In this document: piece by piece, positions 32,059 through 40,692 of the stretch | Numbering within the stretch: position 1 is the stretch's first letter | Layout of the letters: each line of letters starts with the position of its first letter | Source: Candidatus Aldehydirespiratoraceae bacterium | Lineage (GTDB): Bacteria > Actinomycetota > Acidimicrobiia > Acidimicrobiales > Aldehydirespiratoraceae | Assembly (NCBI GenBank): GCA_965214565.1 | Contig: OZ243951.1 | Span: 2,579,166 to 2,643,165 of the forward strand | Direction of reading: 5' to 3' | Length of the DNA stretch: 64,000 nucleotides | Notes under the pieces: model-generated | Database searches by the model: none | The model's input: the letters and a program-made list of their open reading frames with translations, nothing else | What the model was told of the DNA's origin: nothing | Made by a program: the position numbers and the translations under genes

Positions 32059-32661
32059 ATGAGCGGACTGCCCAGGCGGACTCTGGACCAGGCGCAAGTG
32101 GTCGAGTGCGCCTCTTCTCTGGCAGACAGCGAGGGCTTCGACGCGGTCACACTCACTCGCGTTGCTGACGAACTCGGTGTTCGTCAACCAGCGCTGTATC
32201 GCCATGTCGAAGGGTATGACGACCTCGTGAAACAACTGGCTCTGAGAGGTCGCGAGAAACTCGCCCGTTCGCTGACCGAGGCAGCCGTCGGTGTGTCGGG
32301 CCCCGAGGCCGTCGTAGCAATCGGGCGGGCCTGGCGGGAGGTCGTGAGGACTCATCCTGGCCTGTATGCCGCAACCGACCGACATCCCTGCGCGGGCGAT
32401 GTTGAATTGGAGGAGGCGGTGGAGAGGATCGTGGGGGTCATTGCGCGGTCTTTGGGGAGCTTCAGCATCGACGAAGCTGAGCGTGTTCATGTGGCGCGCG
32501 GGTTGCGGAGTTCTTTCCACGGGTTCTCTCATCTTGAGTCTGGTGACGGGCATCCACACGAACACGACCTTGATGACACGTTCGATCATCTGCTGGAGCT
32601 CTTGATCGCCGGGATCCGCCATCTGGAGCGGGATTCTGCGCTAGATAGTCTTGCGGACTAG
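32059..32661 (+). CDS. TetR family transcriptional regulator
   Basis: N-terminal HTH ...GFDAVTLTRVADELGVRQPALYRHV... Confidence 0.85.
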   Translation: MSGLPRRTLDQAQVVECASSLADSEGFDAVTLTRVADELGVRQPALYRHVEGYDDLVKQLALRGREKLARSLTEAAVGVSGPEAVVAIGRAWREVVRTHPGLYAATDRHPCAGDVELEEAVERIVGVIARSLGSFSIDEAERVHVARGLRSSFHGFSHLESGDGHPHEHDLDDTFDHLLELLIAGIRHLERDSALDSLAD

Positions 32662-32683
32662 TTATAGGCTCTTACAACCGTTT

Positions 32684-32705
32684 CGGAATGTAGTCGGAAT
32701 GTAGG
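32684..32705 (+). repeat. 11-bp tandem duplication (CGGAATGTAGK x2) overlapping the xsc Shine-Dalgarno
   Basis: Read directly: tttCGGAATGTAGTCGGAATGTAGGAGGAAGCATG. Confidence 0.85.
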
Positions 32706-32712
32706 AGGAAGC

Positions 32713-34479
32713 ATGACCCGGATGACCCCCAGCGAAGCGTTCGTCGAAACCATGGTTGCCAATGGTGTGACCACCGTCTTCGGGATCATGGGCAGCGCGT
32801 TCATGGACGCCATGGACATTTTCGAGCCCGCAGGCATCGAGTTGGTACCTGTGGTCCACGAACAGGGTGCCGCCCACATGGCCGACGGCTACGCCCGGGT
32901 CAGTGGTCGCCATGGAGTCGTCATCGGCCAGAACGGCCCCGGCATCTCCAACTGTGTGACGGCAATCGCGGCCGCCTTCTGGGCACACAGCCCCGTGGTC
33001 ATCGTCACCCCCGAAGCCGGGACGATGGGAATGGGCCTCGGCGGTTTCCAAGAAGCCAACCAGCTGCCGATGTTCGAGGAGTTCACCAAGTATCAGGGCC
33101 ACATCAACAACGAGAATCGCATGGCCGAGATCACTGCCCGCTGCTTCGACCGGGCGCTGTCGGAAATGGGTCCGACACAACTCAACATTCCCCGTGACCG
33201 CTTCTACGGCGACATCAACGTGGATATCCCGACCCCGATGCGCCTGGACCGGGGCCCCGGTGGTGAGCGAACGCTGAACGAAGCGGCGGACCTGTTGGCC
33301 CAAGCCCAGTTCCCGGTCATCGTCAGCGGGGGCGGCGTCGTGATGGGTGACGGCATGGCCGAGACGATCGCCCTGGCCGAGAGACTCGGCGCCCCGGTCC
33401 TCAACAGCTACCTGCACAACGATTCGTTCCCCGCCGGCCATCCGCAGTGGTGCGGCCCACTGGGCTATCAGGGCTCGAAAGCCGCGATGAAACTGATCGC
33501 GCGGGCTGATGTGGTGCTGGCGCTCGGCACCCGCCTGGGGCCGTTCGGTACCCTTCCCCAGCATGGTCTCGACTACTGGCCGGCCGATGCGAGGATCATT
33601 CAGGTAGACGCCGACTCGAAGATGCTCGGGCTGGTCAAGAAGATCGATGTCGGAATCTGCGGCGATGCCGGTGCCGCCGCGGCCGCTCTGACCTCGCGGT
33701 TGGCGCAGCGCACGCTGGTAGCGGACGGCAACCGCGTCGAACGGGAGTCCACGATGCGCGCTGAGAAGTCAGCCTGGGAGGCCGAACTAGACGACTGGAC
33801 CGAGGAGACCGACGACTTCAGCATCGACATGATCAAGGAGGCAGCAGCCGAGGAGGGTAGTTGGCTGCACCCCCGCCAGGCCCTGCGCGAACTGGAGAAG
33901 GCGATGCCGGCTCGGGTGATGGTGTCCACCGACATCGGCAACATCAACTCGGTATCCAACAGTTACCTGCGTTTCGAGGAGCCCCGGTCATTCTTCGCGG
34001 CCATGAGCTGGGGCAACTGCGGTTATGCGCTGCCCACCATCATCGGCGCCAAGAAGGCTGCCGACGACCGTCCCGCGGTGGCGTACGCCGGTGACGGTGC
34101 CTGGGCAATGAGCATGGTCGAGGTGATGACCGCGGTGCGCCACGACATTCCCGTCACAGCAGTCGTGTTCCACAACCGCCAATGGGGAGCAGAGAAGAAG
34201 AACCAGGTCGACTTCTACGGTCGCCGGTTCGTGGCCGGGGAACTCGAAGGTGGCGAGAACTACGCCCACATCGCCGACGCGATGGGGGCGACAGGTGTTC
34301 GTGTTGACCAGCTTGATGACGTCGGGCCGGCGCTGGAGCGGGCGATCGACGATCAGATGACGAAACGGCAGACCACGGTGATTGAGGTCATGACCACCAA
34401 GGAACTCGGCGACCCCTTCCGCAAGGACGCCCTGAGTCGCCCGGTCCGCCACCTGGAGAAGTACGCCGATTACACCTAG
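32713..34479 (+). CDS. xsc: sulfoacetaldehyde acetyltransferase (ThDP-dependent)
   Basis: 588 aa ThDP enzyme with ...GIMGSAFMDAMD...HEQGAAHMADGYARVSGRHGVVIGQNGPGISN...GGFQEANQLPMF.... Identified from family resemblance plus the tpa/pta/tauABC context. Confidence 0.8.
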   Translation: MTRMTPSEAFVETMVANGVTTVFGIMGSAFMDAMDIFEPAGIELVPVVHEQGAAHMADGYARVSGRHGVVIGQNGPGISNCVTAIAAAFWAHSPVVIVTPEAGTMGMGLGGFQEANQLPMFEEFTKYQGHINNENRMAEITARCFDRALSEMGPTQLNIPRDRFYGDINVDIPTPMRLDRGPGGERTLNEAADLLAQAQFPVIVSGGGVVMGDGMAETIALAERLGAPVLNSYLHNDSFPAGHPQWCGPLGYQGSKAAMKLIARADVVLALGTRLGPFGTLPQHGLDYWPADARIIQVDADSKMLGLVKKIDVGICGDAGAAAAALTSRLAQRTLVADGNRVERESTMRAEKSAWEAELDDWTEETDDFSIDMIKEAAAEEGSWLHPRQALRELEKAMPARVMVSTDIGNINSVSNSYLRFEEPRSFFAAMSWGNCGYALPTIIGAKKAADDRPAVAYAGDGAWAMSMVEVMTAVRHDIPVTAVVFHNRQWGAEKKNQVDFYGRRFVAGELEGGENYAHIADAMGATGVRVDQLDDVGPALERAIDDQMTKRQTTVIEVMTTKELGDPFRKDALSRPVRHLEKYADYT

Positions 34480-34547
34480 CTTGCTGGCCAGTACCGAGCT
34501 TTGCTGCTACGGCGCGGCTGAGTGGTCGGCACTGCTTGTAGGTCGGG

Positions 34548-35075
34548 TCAGGTCGGTTGCGCGGGGCCGGTGAGTGAACTCAACAGGGCGTCGATTGCCT
34601 GGTCGGCGATGGCCACCATCTCGTCGTCGGTGCGGTCCTGGATGGGGTGCTCGGTCAGGACGTGGGCTATGTCACCCCCGAGGCTCCTGCTCTGCTGCTC
34701 CGCACCGTCGGCGAACTCGACGGTGGCGACGAACACTCCCGGAATGCCCCTGCGTTCAAGATCGTTGATGTCGTGCACACTGCACGTCGTGCAGGAACCT
34801 CAATCGGCGAGCGCTTCGATCACCGCGTCGCACGACACAGCGATCTCATGGCGCAGGTCGACAGGGGCCGGCTTGGTGAAGGTCGGCTTCTTGTAGCGCT
34901 TCACCTCGGCACCCAGCTCGGTCAGCTTCTTCTGAACTCGATCGAGAAATATGTCTCCGCGGGGTTTGGAGATGTCGAGCAGTCCGACCGTGAGCCCGTT
35001 GAGAGACTCGGGTCTGGCGACACGCTCACGTTTCTCAGGCCGCAATTCAGCTGTGGGATCCAGTACAACAGTCAT
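34548..35075 (-). CDS. candidate selenoprotein, 175 aa, in-frame TGA (Sec) at 34802-34800 in motif ALAD-U-GSCTTC
   Basis: Track ORFs 34800..35075 and 34548..34778 are in the same frame, separated only by TGA plus 7 sense codons. The second ORF has no ATG or SD (its M is a GTG inside a hairpin). There is a hairpin downstream of the TGA and an ATGA overlap with the upstream gene. Confidence 0.6.
34772..34799 (-). promoter_or_regulatory. SECIS-like stem-loop(s) 3' of the in-frame UGA
   Basis: mRNA reads UGA GGUUC CUGCAC GAC GUGCAG UG UGCACG. Two mutually exclusive 6-bp hairpins are possible: CUGCAC/GUGCAG with loop GAC, or CGUGCA/UGCACG with loop GUG located 20-22 nt after the UGA. Confidence 0.45.
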
Positions 35076-36520
35076 CGAGTGATCTCCTTTGTGACGGTCA
35101 CGCTACCGGTTGCGCCCGAAACCCAGCCGGCGATGGTGGTGGAGAACAGGCCTGCTCGGCTGCCTCCATGCACGACATGGATGCCTCCGGGCGGGAATTT
35201 CGGCAGTTGGTGGCCCGCCAGGAACGCGGGCATTCCCTCCTCGATTCCGTCGGCGCCTGCGACTATGTCGTCACCGTCGATCATCAGCAGCGCTTCGAGT
35301 TCTGCCAGAAAGCGGGCCCTGTCCCAACCGGCATCTCGATACCGGGCCATATGTTCGGGACTCATCACGATCACGGTCTCCATCTGCATCACCATCCTCG
35401 GGCTGACGTTGACGCACAGCATCTCGGCGAAGTGCCTGGTGAGCGATTCGGCCGAGCGGGACTTCTGATCAAACATCAGTCTGGGGCCCTCTCCTGGAAA
35501 CAGGGTGACGGTCGAAGCGGATCGATCAAAGCCGCGAGACTCGGCGTACGTGTCGAATGCGCTGCCCTCCTCGTCCTCGGCGAAGCACAACCCGATCTTC
35601 GAGGGACTGCCCTGGGTTGCACGGTCGACGCCTCCCGGTCTTCCACCACCGACGTTGCGGATGACCAACTGCAGGGCCCGACCGATCGTGGAGTTGGCGC
35701 GGTTGCCCTGGCCGAGCAGGTTTGTGCCGCTGTTCATGCCGATCTCGGCCCGGACGGGTCCGTTGACGATGAGGATCGGCCCGACCGGCATGGTTGTGGC
35801 CAACAGTCCGTGCATGTTGAACTCGTCGGTACAGGCGGCCGCGACCGCGGTCAGCACGACAGGCAGGTATTCGGGCCTGCATCCGGCCATCACCGCGTTG
35901 ATGGCGACCTTCTCGACGGAGCACTCCACGAGATCTGGCGGGACGACGGCCACAATCTCGTCGGGGGCGCGGCTCGTGCCCTCGAGCATCCGCAGAACCC
36001 GCGCCTCGGTGGGTGGCACAACGGGCATTCCGTCGGTGAATCCGCGGTCGAACATGGCTTCGATGTCGTCTTCGAGTGAGGCCAGTTCGAGCCGGCGACT
36101 CTTGAGTCTCGAACCCGAGAAACGCACGGCGAGTTCGTCGCTGAGGTTGGGATCGACGCTGAGGGAACCGCACCCCGGTCTGAAGTCGGGAAGGTCGGTT
36201 CCGAGGTGCTCGAGTCCGCTGAACTCCTCCCACTGTTGGCGGGACCAGCCGACAATGCGGTCGGCTTCGGAACCGTTGTCGACTCGCAGCAGTGTGGGGA
36301 CCGTCTCGATCTGGTTGTGCCATGACATCGCCAGGTCTTCGTCGTGGACGACCCACGGCGCGGCTTGAGGGAAGTTGGGGTCGTCCTGGGTGACGACTGT
36401 GATGTCGGCGCGTTCAGCCATGTCGGTGAGGACTGGGGCCACCAGTACACATGTGGGGCAGTCCTTCTTGACTACGGCTACGAGACCGTCTGGGAGTGGA
36501 GCGGACTGCGGACTGGTCAC
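35072..36520 (-). CDS. thioredoxin-fold (CPTC) N-terminal domain fused to a roughly 330-aa conserved domain of unknown function
   Basis: ...VVKKDCPTCVLVAPVL...ETVPTLL... then ...GMPVVPPTEARV...AINAVMAGCRPEYLPV...GQGNRANSTIGRA.... 482 aa with good coding periodicity. Confidence 0.75.
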   Translation of the reverse strand: MTSPQSAPLPDGLVAVVKKDCPTCVLVAPVLTDMAERADITVVTQDDPNFPQAAPWVVHDEDLAMSWHNQIETVPTLLRVDNGSEADRIVGWSRQQWEEFSGLEHLGTDLPDFRPGCGSLSVDPNLSDELAVRFSGSRLKSRRLELASLEDDIEAMFDRGFTDGMPVVPPTEARVLRMLEGTSRAPDEIVAVVPPDLVECSVEKVAINAVMAGCRPEYLPVVLTAVAAACTDEFNMHGLLATTMPVGPILIVNGPVRAEIGMNSGTNLLGQGNRANSTIGRALQLVIRNVGGGRPGGVDRATQGSPSKIGLCFAEDEEGSAFDTYAESRGFDRSASTVTLFPGEGPRLMFDQKSRSAESLTRHFAEMLCVNVSPRMVMQMETVIVMSPEHMARYRDAGWDRARFLAELEALLMIDGDDIVAGADGIEEGMPAFLAGHQLPKFPPGGIHVVHGGSRAGLFSTTIAGWVSGATGSVTVTKEITR

Positions 36521-36624
36521 CCGTCAACTGTGGCACAAGAAGAAGTTGGCGGTCACGCTGACAGAAGCGACATCTGTCACACTCGGTGTGCGAGGCCTGT
36601 CGGCTCGCGTACGGTGAAAAAGCA

Positions 36625-37530
36625 ATGGGGGATAAGCAAGAGACTGTGGTCGTGTCGTTCCACGGCGTTCGCGGTTCGACGCCGTGCAGTTGCCCCACGG
36701 TGCAGCGCTACGGAGGGAATACCAGTTGCGTTTCGGTGGAAACCACCGATCACGACCCGATCGTTCTGGACCTGGGAACGGGCCTGCGCCCGTGGGGTTG
36801 TGCGATGTCACCCCAGAACGGGTTGACACTGCATGCGTTGGTCACGCATCTTCACTGGGACCACATCCAGGGTCTGCCGTTCTTTGCACCGCTGCTCTGT
36901 GCGGACACCACGCTGAACATCTATGGGCCCACTGAACATCCAGAGTCGCTGGCGGAGGCGTTCGGTCGGTTCATCGCTCCGCCGTTCTTCCCGATCCGTA
37001 CCGCAGAACTTCCGGCTACGATCAATTTCCACGAGGTCAGCAGCAGCGACTTCGTGCTGGGCCTCGCCTCGGTGATGGCGAGACCGGTGCCCCATGTCGG
37101 CAACACCAACGGGTACCGGCTCAATCTGCATGGCTTCTCGATCGCTTATATTCCCGATCACCAGGAGCCGATCCACGATCCGGGACATGTCGATGAATCC
37201 GTTCTTGAACTGTGCGACGGTGCCGACCTGTTGATTCACGACGGGCAACTGTGGCCCGAAGAACTTGCGCTGAAGCAGGCTTGGGGCCACTGCACGCCCG
37301 AGTACGCACTCGAGGTCGCCCGCCAGGCCGGGGTCGACACACTGGCGTTGTTTCATCACGACCCCTCTCACGACGACGCCTCAGTCGACGAGATGGTGCA
37401 GCGTTTGGGCGAACGGGGAGCGGAAGCAGGCGTGAGCACTGTGCTGGCGGCCAAAGAGGGCACGAGCCTGACATTCTCCGTGGCGAACAAGCCTTTCGCC
37501 AGCCTGCGCGAGCAGTCCGTTCGGCCGTAG
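36625..37530 (+). CDS. MBL-fold metallo-hydrolase
   Basis: ...LVTHLHWDHIQGLPFF... (HxHxDH). ATG 36625 preferred. Confidence 0.8.
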   Translation: MGDKQETVVVSFHGVRGSTPCSCPTVQRYGGNTSCVSVETTDHDPIVLDLGTGLRPWGCAMSPQNGLTLHALVTHLHWDHIQGLPFFAPLLCADTTLNIYGPTEHPESLAEAFGRFIAPPFFPIRTAELPATINFHEVSSSDFVLGLASVMARPVPHVGNTNGYRLNLHGFSIAYIPDHQEPIHDPGHVDESVLELCDGADLLIHDGQLWPEELALKQAWGHCTPEYALEVARQAGVDTLALFHHDPSHDDASVDEMVQRLGERGAEAGVSTVLAAKEGTSLTFSVANKPFASLREQSVRP

Positions 37531-37541
37531 AAGGGAACCGG

Positions 37542-38045
37542 ATGTCTATTGACTCAAGTGAGTTCCGACGGGTGCTCGGACACTTCCCCACCGGGGTGAC
37601 AGTGGTGACCGCCCCGACCGAGCAGGGTCCTGTCGGTATGGCGATCGGGTCTTTCGCGAGCGTCTCGCTGGATCCTCCGCTGGTGATGTTCTGTCCGGGC
37701 AAGGAATCGGCGACCTGGGCGAAGATGGCCGGGACGGACCGTTTCTGTGTGAACGTGCTCGGCGAAGACCAAGCGGATGTGTGCGGGGTGTTCGCCAGCA
37801 AGGCCGATGACAAGTTTGCTGGGGTCGAATGGAGCACCAGAGTCACCGGCTCCCCGGTTCTCGGCGGCTCGATTGCGTGGATCGACTGCGAGGTCCATGC
37901 CATACACGACGGCGGCGACCACGACATCGTCGTAGGTCTGGTCAAGGGACTCTCGACCGAGAGCGGCTCCGAAGACGAACCGGGGAACAGCAGGGGCCCC
38001 CTGCTGTTCTACCGTGGTGGCTACGGCCGTTTCGAGCGGATCTAA
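37542..38045 (+). CDS. flavin reductase family protein (NAD(P)H:FMN oxidoreductase domain)
   Basis: ...FRRVLGHFPTGVTVVT...G.A.GSF.SVSLDPPLV.FC...; start trimmed to ATG 37542. Confidence 0.85.
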   Translation: MSIDSSEFRRVLGHFPTGVTVVTAPTEQGPVGMAIGSFASVSLDPPLVMFCPGKESATWAKMAGTDRFCVNVLGEDQADVCGVFASKADDKFAGVEWSTRVTGSPVLGGSIAWIDCEVHAIHDGGDHDIVVGLVKGLSTESGSEDEPGNSRGPLLFYRGGYGRFERI

Positions 38046-38563
38046 TGCCGATTTACGCTCTCGGTGACCGCATCCCGGAAATCGACGCTGACGCCTACGT
38101 CCATCCGGATGCGACCCTCATCGGCAGCGTGATCCTCGGCCCGCAGAGTTCTGTTTGGCCCAACGCGGTGATCCGCGCCGATGACAACGTGATCAGTATC
38201 GGACGGGGCTCGTCGATCCAGGACGGCGCGGTGCTGCATTGCACTGAGGTGCATTCCACGGTCATCGGCGACTATGTGACGATCGGCCACCTGGCTCATC
38301 TCGAGGGCTGCCAGATCCTGGAACGTTCGCTGGTCGGCAGCGGTTCGGTGATTCTGCACGATGCGGTTGTCGGGCCCGAGGCGCTCATCGGAGCGTCCGC
38401 GATGGTTCCAGCCAAGATGGTCGTGCCCGCCTTGGCGATGGCGCTGGGGGTGCCGGCTAGAATCCGCGAGAACGCACTCACTGAGGGAGCCAACAGCCTC
38501 AACGTAGAGAGTTACATCCGCCGTGCTCGCTACTACCCTTCTCAACTGCGCCGAATCGATTGA
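38045..38563 (+). CDS. gamma-carbonic-anhydrase-like / hexapeptide-repeat protein (YrdA/PaaY family)
   Basis: MPIYALGDRIPEIDADAYVHPDATLIGSV.LG..SSVWPNAVIRAD...; TAATG overlap with the upstream gene. Confidence 0.85.
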   Translation: MPIYALGDRIPEIDADAYVHPDATLIGSVILGPQSSVWPNAVIRADDNVISIGRGSSIQDGAVLHCTEVHSTVIGDYVTIGHLAHLEGCQILERSLVGSGSVILHDAVVGPEALIGASAMVPAKMVVPALAMALGVPARIRENALTEGANSLNVESYIRRARYYPSQLRRID

Positions 38564-38648
38564 CTCAGCAGCGCAGAAACCGTAGACGTTCGGCCTCTTA
38601 TTTGTTACTATCCAGATAGGAGAAATATGTCGAGCAGCGCCTCTAGGA

Positions 38649-40079
38649 GTGATCACGATGACATCCACTGAGATTGGGACATCCACAGACATCGGCGTCG
38701 ACCTCGGCAAGTACCAACTGGGTTGGAGCGACGAGGAAGACTACGTCTTCAAGCCCCAGAAAGGGCTCAACGAGGAGATCCTCCGCGAGATGTCGTGGCT
38801 CAAGGGCGAGCCTCAGTGGATGCTCGACTTCCGCCTGAAGTCGTACCGGCGATTCGGCAACCGCCCGATGCCCCACTGGGGCGGCGACATGTCCGACATC
38901 GACTTCGACAACATCTACTACTACATCAAACCCACCGAAGAACTTAGCGACGACTGGGACGACGTCCCCGAGTCCATCAAGAACACCTACGAGAAGCTCG
39001 GCATCCCCGAGGCTGAGCGGAAATATCTCGCCGGGGTTACCGCCCAGTACGAATCCGAGGTCGTATACCACCGCAACCGTGAAGACCTCGAAGCACAGGG
39101 TGTGCTGTTCTCCGACATGGACACGGCGCTGCGCGAGTACCCCGACATGGTCAAACGGTACTTCGGCAAGGTCATCCCTCCCAACGACAACAAGTTCTCT
39201 GCGCTCAACAGCTCCGCCTGGTCGGGAGGCTCGTTCATCTACGTGCCCCCCGGCGTCGAGGTCGAGATGCCGTTGCAGGCCTACTTCCGGATCAACGCCG
39301 AGAACATGGGCCAGTTCGAGCGCACCCTGATCATCGCTGACGAGGGTTCCAAGGTGCACTACATCGAGGGCTGCTCAGCACCGACCTACACGTCCGACTC
39401 ACTGCATTCAGCAGTTGTCGAGATCATCGTGAAACCGTCGGCGCGGGTGACCTACACCACCATCCAGAACTGGTCCGACAACGTGTTCAACCTGGTCACC
39501 AAACGTGCCTACGTGGAAGCTGAAGGGCACATGGAGTGGATCGACGGCAACATCGGCTCGAAACTGACCATGAAGTACCCGGCGGTTGTGCTCGCCGGCC
39601 CCAAAGCCTCCGGTGAGGTGCTCTCTGTTGCGTATGCCGGGCCGAACCAACATCAGGACACCGGTGCCAAGATGACTCACGTGGCACCTGAGACGACCTC
39701 CAAGATCGTCTCGAAGTCGATATCAAAGGACGGTGGCCGCACCTCGTATCGAGGTTTGGTGCGGGTTGAGGACGATGCGTACGGCTGCAAGAGCCATGTC
39801 CAGTGCGACGCCCTGATCCTCGATGAGGATTCCGTCTCCGACACCTACCCTTACATGGAGGTCGGTTCGGGCGATGCCGTCATCGGCCATGAGGCCACGG
39901 TGAGCCGGGTCGCCGACGAGCAACTGTTCTATCTGCAGAGTCGCGGCCTGACAGAGGAGCAGGCGATGGGCATGATCGTCAACGGCTTCATCGAGCCGGT
40001 CACCCGCACTCTGCCGATGGAGTACGCAGTCGAATGGAGCCGCTTGATCGAACTGCAGATGGAGGGAAGCGTCGGCTGA
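38649..40079 (+). CDS. sufB: Fe-S cluster assembly protein SufB
   Basis: ...YIEGCSAP.Y...LHSAVVE...TIQNWS..V.NLVTKRA...; alternative start ATG 38658 after TAGGAG. Confidence 0.95.
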   Translation: MITMTSTEIGTSTDIGVDLGKYQLGWSDEEDYVFKPQKGLNEEILREMSWLKGEPQWMLDFRLKSYRRFGNRPMPHWGGDMSDIDFDNIYYYIKPTEELSDDWDDVPESIKNTYEKLGIPEAERKYLAGVTAQYESEVVYHRNREDLEAQGVLFSDMDTALREYPDMVKRYFGKVIPPNDNKFSALNSSAWSGGSFIYVPPGVEVEMPLQAYFRINAENMGQFERTLIIADEGSKVHYIEGCSAPTYTSDSLHSAVVEIIVKPSARVTYTTIQNWSDNVFNLVTKRAYVEAEGHMEWIDGNIGSKLTMKYPAVVLAGPKASGEVLSVAYAGPNQHQDTGAKMTHVAPETTSKIVSKSISKDGGRTSYRGLVRVEDDAYGCKSHVQCDALILDEDSVSDTYPYMEVGSGDAVIGHEATVSRVADEQLFYLQSRGLTEEQAMGMIVNGFIEPVTRTLPMEYAVEWSRLIELQMEGSVG

Positions 40080-40182
40080 CGCTCTGCAGGTTGACCCCTG
40101 CTGATCCACCCCTGCCGGTTCGCTCGACAGATCAGTCAATCGGGTTAGTGACGCAGCGAGATCACTGCGCGACAATAGGGGC

Positions 40183-40539
40183 ATGCCGATGCGCCAGGAC
40201 TGCAAGTACTTTGAATCCCGCACGTATGCCAACGGCGACACCGTTCGCAAGTGCGACCTCGACCTTGCTCCCGAAGCACCTTGGCGCTGTCCTGACGAAT
40301 GCCCGAAATACACCCGCCGTATGGCGGATGTGAATTGGAGCCACGGATCGCTGATCACGCCGGTCACGCCGGCAGAACCTTCGAGTCTCGGCAGCGACGA
40401 CAGCATCGGTGCGTTGCTCGACGCTGCCGAGGACATCATCAACGAGGCCGCGCCTGAGGTGCTACAGGAGATCGAAGCTGAGCACCAGAGAGCCTCGCGC
40501 CGCGGGTTGGGTCGTTTCCTTCGCCGGCGCCCCCGCTGA
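40183..40539 (+). CDS. hypothetical small Cys-rich protein inserted between sufB and sufD
   Basis: 118 aa with C7-x16-C24-x11-C36-x3-C40, an acidic middle and a basic tail (RRGLGRFLRRRPR). No family recognised. Confidence 0.45.
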   Translation: MPMRQDCKYFESRTYANGDTVRKCDLDLAPEAPWRCPDECPKYTRRMADVNWSHGSLITPVTPAEPSSLGSDDSIGALLDAAEDIINEAAPEVLQEIEAEHQRASRRGLGRFLRRRPR

Positions 40540-40692
40540 GAGGGGCGGCTCACGCCGGGCGTGGCCGGAGCCGCAGTTGGTTCTGGCGGGGGAGAGGGTT
40601 GCGGGGTGAGTGAATCTGGTGCCGCTCGACGGCGGCGGCGGTAGCATTGCCCGTGTTTACCGGCCCTCGGGCCTTCTTCATCGGGCAGGGTC

